Below, in pieces: positions 58,981 through 64,000 of a stretch of DNA of 64,000 nt. The stretch's first letter is position 1. Every line of letters starts with the position of its first letter. The notes under the pieces were generated by a model that was not told where the DNA came from, ran no database searches, and saw only the letters and a list, made by a program, of their open reading frames with translations. The translations under genes and the position numbers were made by a program. The stretch lies in the NCBI GenBank assembly GCA_036374335.1, contig DASUUC010000100.1:5368-69367 (forward strand), given 5' to 3'. The DNA is from Acidimicrobiia bacterium (GTDB lineage Bacteria > Actinomycetota > Acidimicrobiia > Spongiisociales > ZC4RG35).

Positions 58981-59133
58981 GGGGTCACTGTAGGCGACGG
59001 AGGCGGGGGAATCAACGGTGGCCTCCGTGCCGGACCCGGAATCGGGCACGGCCGAGCACGTCGATGCAGGGACCGAATCCGTGGGGGAGTCCGCGCACGT
59101 AGGCTTGGGCTGATGCCCTTCCAGGAGGCGGAC

Positions 59134-60522
59134 ATGGATCGTTTCGACTTGGTCACAATCGGGTCGGGACCGGCGGGTGAGAAAGGGGCGGCTCAGGCCG
59201 CATACTTCGGTCACAAGGTGGCCGTGGTGGATCGCAGCCCTCGACCCGGAGGAGCGCCGGTGAACACCGGCGGTATCCCCACCAAGACCCTGCGTGAGGC
59301 TGCCGTCTACCTCACTGGATTCGGCAAACGCGAGATCTACGGCGTCGGGATCGGTCTGGGTCCCGAAGTGATGATCGACCGGCTTCGCTCCCGGGCCGCA
59401 CAGGTCCAGGAGGCGATGAGCGGGGCGGTGGCGGCGAATCTGGAGCGTCACAGCATCGAGTTCGTGGTCGGGGAGGCAGTCCTCGGTGACCACGAGGTGA
59501 TAGTGATGTCGGAGTCCGGAGAGAAGCGGACCTTGAGAGCCGGCATCATCCTCATCGCAACCGGCTCCAGGCCGTGGCATCCGGACGGCGTCCCCTTCGA
59601 CGATCCGGACGTATACGACTCCGACACCATCCTGGAATTGGATCGGATGCCCGAGAGCATGGTCGTCATCGGGGCCGGGCCCGTCGGCGCCGAATACGCA
59701 TCCATATTCACCGCACTGGGGGTGAGGGTGACGATGATCGATCTGGCCGAGCGTCTCGTGCCCTTCCTCGACCTCGAGGTATCCGAGGTGCTGAAGGGAC
59801 ACATGGAGGAAGAAGGGGTGCGTCTGGTATTGGGGGTGACCGGGACGGTGCAACGCAGCGATGGTCAGCTCGAGGTCACGCTGAGCAACGGCGAGACACT
59901 GCAGCCGGACGCCGTCTTGTTCGCTGCAGGTCGGGTGGGCAACACCGATGAGTTGGGCCTCGCGGAGGTGGGTGTGGAATGCGATGAGCGCGGTCGGATC
60001 ATCGTCGATGATGAGTATCAAACGTCCGTAGCCGGCATATACGCAGCGGGGGATGTCATCGGCCCACCCGCTCTGGCTTCGGTTTCGACAGAGCAGGGGC
60101 GAGTCGCCATCTGCCACGCCTTCGGAATACCGTTCAAGGAGACCGTCGACCCGCTTCCTCCATACGGCGTCTATTCGATTCCCGAGGTGGGGATGGTGGG
60201 GTTGACCGAAGAGTCTGCCAGGCAGTCAGGTATCGACTACGAAGTCGGCAGATCGTGGTTCACCGACAATGCCCGCAGTGCCATTGCCGGCACGCAGCAA
60301 GGTTTCATCAAGCTCGTATTGGACCGAGGGGATCGGCGTCTTCTCGGGGCGCACATCGTGGGCGAGGACGCCACCGAGCTGATCCACCAGCCGCAGTCGG
60401 TGATCCACAACGAGGGGACCATCGACTACTTCATCGACTCGACATTCAATGTCCCGACGCGTTCGGAAGCTTTCAAGTACGCCGCCTATGACGCACTGCA
60501 GAGATTGAACGCCTCTGGCTGA
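59134..60522 (+). CDS. sthA: Soluble pyridine nucleotide transhydrogenase (SthA-like flavoprotein)
   Basis: AGGAGG 5 nt upstream of the ATG; FDLVTIGSGPAGEKGA FAD motif; NTGGIPTKTLRE lacks the CxxxxC disulfide (SthA-like). The track ORF start at 58405 is rejected. Confidence 0.86.
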   Translation: MDRFDLVTIGSGPAGEKGAAQAAYFGHKVAVVDRSPRPGGAPVNTGGIPTKTLREAAVYLTGFGKREIYGVGIGLGPEVMIDRLRSRAAQVQEAMSGAVAANLERHSIEFVVGEAVLGDHEVIVMSESGEKRTLRAGIILIATGSRPWHPDGVPFDDPDVYDSDTILELDRMPESMVVIGAGPVGAEYASIFTALGVRVTMIDLAERLVPFLDLEVSEVLKGHMEEEGVRLVLGVTGTVQRSDGQLEVTLSNGETLQPDAVLFAAGRVGNTDELGLAEVGVECDERGRIIVDDEYQTSVAGIYAAGDVIGPPALASVSTEQGRVAICHAFGIPFKETVDPLPPYGVYSIPEVGMVGLTEESARQSGIDYEVGRSWFTDNARSAIAGTQQGFIKLVLDRGDRRLLGAHIVGEDATELIHQPQSVIHNEGTIDYFIDSTFNVPTRSEAFKYAAYDALQRLNASG

Positions 60523-60526
60523 GCCC

Positions 60527-60856
60527 TTAAGCGGTGAAACCACCTGTCAGGTAGTTCTCGATCTCGGCAGCCACATCCGGGGCGTCGGCTGCGTCTTCGA
60601 GCTCCTCCAACAGCTTGAGAAGCCATATCGCCCAGGCCTTCCGGCCACCGCTCTCCTCTGCCACCAGATGGTCGACACGGTCGATGATGGGGTGGACGGG
60701 AGAGCCGGACATCTCCAGCTCGCGCAGGAAGCGAACACATTCACCGATGAATTGCGGCACCTCGACCTCATCGAGGTGCTTCCGGTAGCCGTGGTCCTGG
60801 TGACCGCAGACCTGACATGCGGCCCAAGGAGTGGTTTCAGATGAGGTCGTGGTCAT
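60527..60856 (-). CDS. Hypothetical protein, 109 aa
   Basis: ORF with coding-like bias, convergent with sthA; no recognised domain. Confidence 0.5.
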   Translation of the reverse strand: MTTTSSETTPWAACQVCGHQDHGYRKHLDEVEVPQFIGECVRFLRELEMSGSPVHPIIDRVDHLVAEESGGRKAWAIWLLKLLEELEDAADAPDVAAEIENYLTGGFTA

Positions 60857-60902
60857 GGTGGAGAATGTACATCGAACGCCCGTCGGTGTCGTCTATTGCC
60901 TA

Positions 60903-61370
60903 TCACCGCAGTTCCAGGGTCATGAACGTGCTGCTTCGGCTGGGGGAGTAGTCACCGAACGGCCCGCATTCGACGAACCCCAGCCTTGTGTACAAGGCGC
61001 GCGATGGAGCGAATTCTTCCATGGAGCCGGTCTCGAGGCTGACACGAGTTGCCCCACGCTCGCGGGCGACGGCGAGCAGGTGCTCCACGACCGTCCGACC
61101 CACTCCGTTGCCTCGCGCCTCCTGAGCCGTGTGGATCGACTTCAGCTCCATGTGGTTGTCGTCGAGCTCCTTGATGGCTCCGATGCCCAGGAGTGTGCCT
61201 CGATCACGAAGGCTGAAGAACGTGACTTTGGGGTCGAGGAGCCCGTCGAGGTCCAGGGCGTGCACGTCTTCGGGGGGAGTGACCCCTCTGGCGAATTCGA
61301 GGTGACGTTCCAGAAGTGTTACCACGTCGGGATTGTGCGGATCCTCCTGGGTCACTCTCCAGCTGTTCAT
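60903..61370 (-). CDS. GNAT family N-acetyltransferase
   Basis: Acetyl-CoA motif QEARGNGVGRTVVEHLL. Confidence 0.85.
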   Translation of the reverse strand: MNSWRVTQEDPHNPDVVTLLERHLEFARGVTPPEDVHALDLDGLLDPKVTFFSLRDRGTLLGIGAIKELDDNHMELKSIHTAQEARGNGVGRTVVEHLLAVARERGATRVSLETGSMEEFAPSRALYTRLGFVECGPFGDYSPSRSSTFMTLELR

Positions 61371-61403
61371 TGCGGGATCTTATTGGCGACAGAAACCTGC
61401 CAC

Positions 61404-61436
61404 ATATTGACGCTTGTCAATATATCGTCCTAAGGT
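61404..61436 (+). promoter_or_regulatory. 20-bp palindrome ATATTGAC-GCTT-GTCAATAT overlapping a candidate promoter (TTGACG, 18 nt, TAAGGT) for the leaderless LLM gene
   Basis: Palindrome 61404-61423; TAAGGT 61431-61436 lies 6 nt upstream of ATG 61443; AT-rich island in a GC-rich genome. Confidence 0.45.
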
Positions 61437-61442
61437 GGACCC

Positions 61443-62444
61443 ATGGAGTTCGGACTCTTCCTGCAGCCGTTTCATCATCCTTCAGAGCAACCCACCGACG
61501 CCTTGGATCGTGATCTCGAGCTGATCGTCCTCCTCGACGAGCTCGGATACTCCGAAGCTTGGGTGGGGGAGCACCACAGCACCGGTTGGGAGAACATCGC
61601 CTCGCCGGAGGTGTTCATAGCGGCGGCGGCCGAGCGAACGAGCCGGATTCGATTCGGGACCGGTGTCGTGCAGGCAGGCCTGCATCATCCTCTGGTTGCC
61701 CTCGATCGGATGATCCTTCTCGACCATCTGACCCGGGGACGCACCAGCTTTGGCCTCGGAGTGGGAGGGGGGATTCCGTCGGACCTCAGGGTATTCGGCA
61801 TGACACCCGAGAGCGCCGGCAAGAGGATGCAGGAGAGTCTGGACGTGATGCTGCGCCTGCTCGAGGGGAGCGAGCCGGTGACTGCCGAAACCGATTGGTA
61901 CACGCTTCAGGAAGCAGTCCTGCAGATGAGGCCGTACTCGCAGCCCCATATGCCGTTTGCCGTGGCCTCGACTGACCCGAGAAATCTGGCGTTGATGGGG
62001 AGACTGGGTGGCAAAGTCCTGCTGGGAGGGACTCCAGAGCGGGTCGAACAGGTGTTCGTCGAACTCGAACGGGGAGCATCTGACGTGGGACAGGAGGCGT
62101 CGAGGGACCAGATCATGCTGAGCTACGTGATGCACCTCGACCACTCACAGGAAAAAGCGGTCTCAGAGTTCAAAGAGGGTGCCGTTCGTGAGTTCTATGA
62201 GTTCCAGGTCGGCGTCAATGGCCGCCCGGAGCCAGAAGACGGGCCTGATGCCTGGTATGAGAGCTACTTGGAACGCAACATCGTTGGAAGCCCGGAGCAC
62301 GCCCTTGAGAAGATCTCCCAAATCGAGCAGACCGCAGGCGGTTTGGGCGGGATCATCTTCATGTCCCGGGAGTGGGCGGGAATCGAGGCGGCCCGAGAGA
62401 GCTGGGAGCTCTTCGCCGCGGAAGTAGCTCCTAAATTCAGCTGA
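61443..62444 (+). CDS. LLM-class flavin/F420-dependent oxidoreductase
   Basis: MEFGLFLQP..., GYSEAWVGEHH luciferase-like monooxygenase N-terminus. Confidence 0.88.
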   Translation: MEFGLFLQPFHHPSEQPTDALDRDLELIVLLDELGYSEAWVGEHHSTGWENIASPEVFIAAAAERTSRIRFGTGVVQAGLHHPLVALDRMILLDHLTRGRTSFGLGVGGGIPSDLRVFGMTPESAGKRMQESLDVMLRLLEGSEPVTAETDWYTLQEAVLQMRPYSQPHMPFAVASTDPRNLALMGRLGGKVLLGGTPERVEQVFVELERGASDVGQEASRDQIMLSYVMHLDHSQEKAVSEFKEGAVREFYEFQVGVNGRPEPEDGPDAWYESYLERNIVGSPEHALEKISQIEQTAGGLGGIIFMSREWAGIEAARESWELFAAEVAPKFS

Positions 62445-62445
62445 C

Positions 62446-62814
62446 ATGTCCGTGGAGTCGGTCGACGAGTACTTTGCCGGCAAACCTGAGAGCCGTGAGA
62501 TATTCGAGGTCATCGCGGCTCGTATCGCTCAACGGGGTCCCAGCGACGTGTCGGTGGGATCTCAGATCTCTTTCGGCTGCAACCGCAAGTTCGCCTGGTT
62601 CTGGCTGTACAACGTGACGAAGAAGAATCCAAGTGGAGTCCCGCATCTCATGTTGGCGATCGATGAGAAGTTGGAAGATCCCCACGTGCGGGAGGTCAAT
62701 CGGATCTCAAAGAACCGTTGGAACCACCAGATCGTGATCCGCACCCTCGATGACGCCCGCAGCGTCTGGCTCGGGGAGTTGATTGCGGCGGCATATCAGT
62801 ATGGGAGTGCCTAA
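62446..62814 (+). CDS. DUF5655-like protein
   Basis: 122 aa; resembles the small DUF5655/DUF4287-type family (weak recall). Confidence 0.6.
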   Translation: MSVESVDEYFAGKPESREIFEVIAARIAQRGPSDVSVGSQISFGCNRKFAWFWLYNVTKKNPSGVPHLMLAIDEKLEDPHVREVNRISKNRWNHQIVIRTLDDARSVWLGELIAAAYQYGSA

Positions 62815-62934
62815 CGGCAACGGTAAAGAGATGGCCCTGCCTGCAGCGATGGCGTTAACTTGACATAACGTGGATTATGGGCGCAATGCTCGCTCCTGGA
62901 CTCAACGACGATCCAGAGCACCGCTCGATGGCCG

Positions 62935-63132
62935 TCATCGCAGGAACCAACGGGCACGGAGCCAGGTGGTTTCGATCTCCTCGCGTTGCCGCTTGATGGC
63001 GGCATCTTCGCAGGCTCGTGAGCACCAATTGACCTGGTAGCCGTGGGTTGCCGCCTCGTATCGGTTGCCGCACTGCAGACACACCCTCCACTCGGCTTCT
63101 CGAGCCTCGTTTCTGCGTCTGAGGCGATCCAT
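62935..63132 (-). CDS. Small zinc-ribbon protein (CxxCG...WCSxxC), 65 aa
   Basis: CLQCG...WCSRAC pattern reminiscent of FCS/YacG-type fingers. Confidence 0.45.
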   Translation of the reverse strand: MDRLRRRNEAREAEWRVCLQCGNRYEAATHGYQVNWCSRACEDAAIKRQREEIETTWLRARWFLR

Positions 63133-63248
63133 GGTGTGTCAGATGGAACTCTAGGCGGAACGAATGGCTCCCGGGGCGAGTAGGGAATATTGGGGTGGCT
63201 CTGGTGTTCTCTGTTCTGTCCCCTGCTCACTCTTTGAAAGGTTGAAAC

Positions 63249-63641
63249 ATGGCCACCGTGGCCCTCACAAAAGACACATTTGATCAAACCATCCAGGACA
63301 ACGACACAGTGCTTGTCGACTTCTGGGCGGAGTGGTGTGGTCCCTGTCGCTCATTCGCGCCCACCTACGAGGCAGCATCTGAACAGTATGAAGACATCGT
63401 CTTCGCCAAGGTGGACACCGAGGACCAACAGGAACTCGCTCAAGCCTTCGGCATCCGGTCGATCCCGACGCTGATGGTGTTCCGGGATCAGATCGTCCTC
63501 TATGCACAGCCGGGTGCTCTGCCGGGCAATCTTCTCGAGGATCTGATCGGTCAGGTCCAGGCGATCGATATGGATGAGGTCCGGGCCCAGATCGCCGCTC
63601 AGGACGGCGAGCCTCACGAGCACGCCGAAGAGGCGGTCTAA
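63249..63641 (+). CDS. trxA: Thioredoxin
   Basis: WAEWCGPCR active site. Confidence 0.92.
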   Translation: MATVALTKDTFDQTIQDNDTVLVDFWAEWCGPCRSFAPTYEAASEQYEDIVFAKVDTEDQQELAQAFGIRSIPTLMVFRDQIVLYAQPGALPGNLLEDLIGQVQAIDMDEVRAQIAAQDGEPHEHAEEAV

Positions 63642-63645
63642 GGCG

Positions 63646-64000
63646 CTAGTCGGGCTTGCGGTAGATCGACATATGGCTGGTAGAGCCTTCGTTGAAGGGC
63701 CTCAGGTCGTACCAACCAAAGCGGTCTTCCAACGCCAAACCGGCCAATCGAGCCATGAGGTCGAGCTCAGAAGGCCAGGCGAATCGGATACGGACCGGAA
63801 GCACGACCGAGGTTCCGTCGGCAAGACGCCTGACGACGTGGCTGTTCACGATCTGGTTCACCGGGTCGTACACACTCATCTCGAACATGTGTTCATCGAC
63901 CGAGTCGATGGTGGAGACACCCATGCGCGTGTTGTGTTCGTCGAACCGTTTCACGTCGGGCACGAAACAGTCGATGACGAATCGGCCCCCTGGCTCGAGA
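63646..64000 (-). CDS. Class I SAM-dependent methyltransferase, C-terminal part (5' end outside window)
   Basis: The frame stays open to the window edge (…LEPGGRFVIDCFVPDV…), a typical post-motif region of these methyltransferases. Confidence 0.75.
   Translation of the reverse strand, partial: LEPGGRFVIDCFVPDVKRFDEHNTRMGVSTIDSVDEHMFEMSVYDPVNQIVNSHVVRRLADGTSVVLPVRIRFAWPSELDLMARLAGLALEDRFGWYDLRPFNEGSTSHMSIYRKPD

Noticed and set aside
58405-59133. N-terminal 243-aa extension of the sthA ORF in the track
   Set aside because: The extension overlaps leuA antisense and the leuA leader. A strong AGGAGG plus ATG at 59134 gives the canonical FAD-binding N-terminus.
58939-60117. 392-aa minus-strand ORF antisense to sthA
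   Set aside because: Only its last 13 codons (the Leu leader peptide, which has its own GTG and -10 box) look functional. The rest runs antisense to sthA.

Overview
High-GC, very compact actinobacterial-type core chromosome (gene order resembles Mycobacterium/Acidimicrobiia housekeeping loci, from memory; no search was run). About 70 protein genes and one tRNA are supported. No rRNA, CRISPR array, transposase or intact prophage was seen. Left to right: (1) a fully contiguous Pup-proteasome locus, mpa(partial)-dop-pup-prcB-prcA-pafA-pafB-pafC, then a zinc-ribbon ORF, tatB-like/tatC and helY. (2) Lipid kinase, DUF4193, polyprenol-P mannosyltransferase, GNAT, NUDIX, M20 peptidase, HAD phosphatase, nadK, recN, pyrG, ald, xerD, dksA-like, HD protein, scpA/scpB, rluB, aroA, cmk, ispH, der. 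(3) A small lower-GC patch: tRNA-Pro(GGG), a decayed HNH endonuclease fragment and an unknown ORF. (4) Aminotransferase, orphan family-5 SBP, phosphatidyltransferase, then the gcvH-garA-merR...DUF151-merR block with dacB, hpt, an RCK K+ channel, gcvT and tdh. (5) yqgE, an ECF sigma with a GerMN/Gmad2 membrane protein, rnhB, a PAS histidine kinase, galE, a phosphosugar mutase, an amidase lipoprotein, two ABC exporter genes, leuA, sthA, GNAT, LLM oxidoreductase, trxA and a partial methyltransferase. I found no convincing novel multi-gene system. The most unusual signals are cis-elements and small ORFs that the ORF track cannot show: a triple palindrome/37-bp direct repeat in front of pafBC; a 38-nt element present twice in inverted orientation around the glycine-cleavage block; a Leu-rich leaderless leader peptide plus terminator upstream of leuA; a MerR-type promoter; a PD-(D/E)XK-like ORF with no canonical start; and a non-canonical sigma/anti-sigma-like pair. 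All functional calls rest on motifs I recognise in the translations. Start codons were often moved from the ORF-track start to the first plausible in-frame start and remain unverified.
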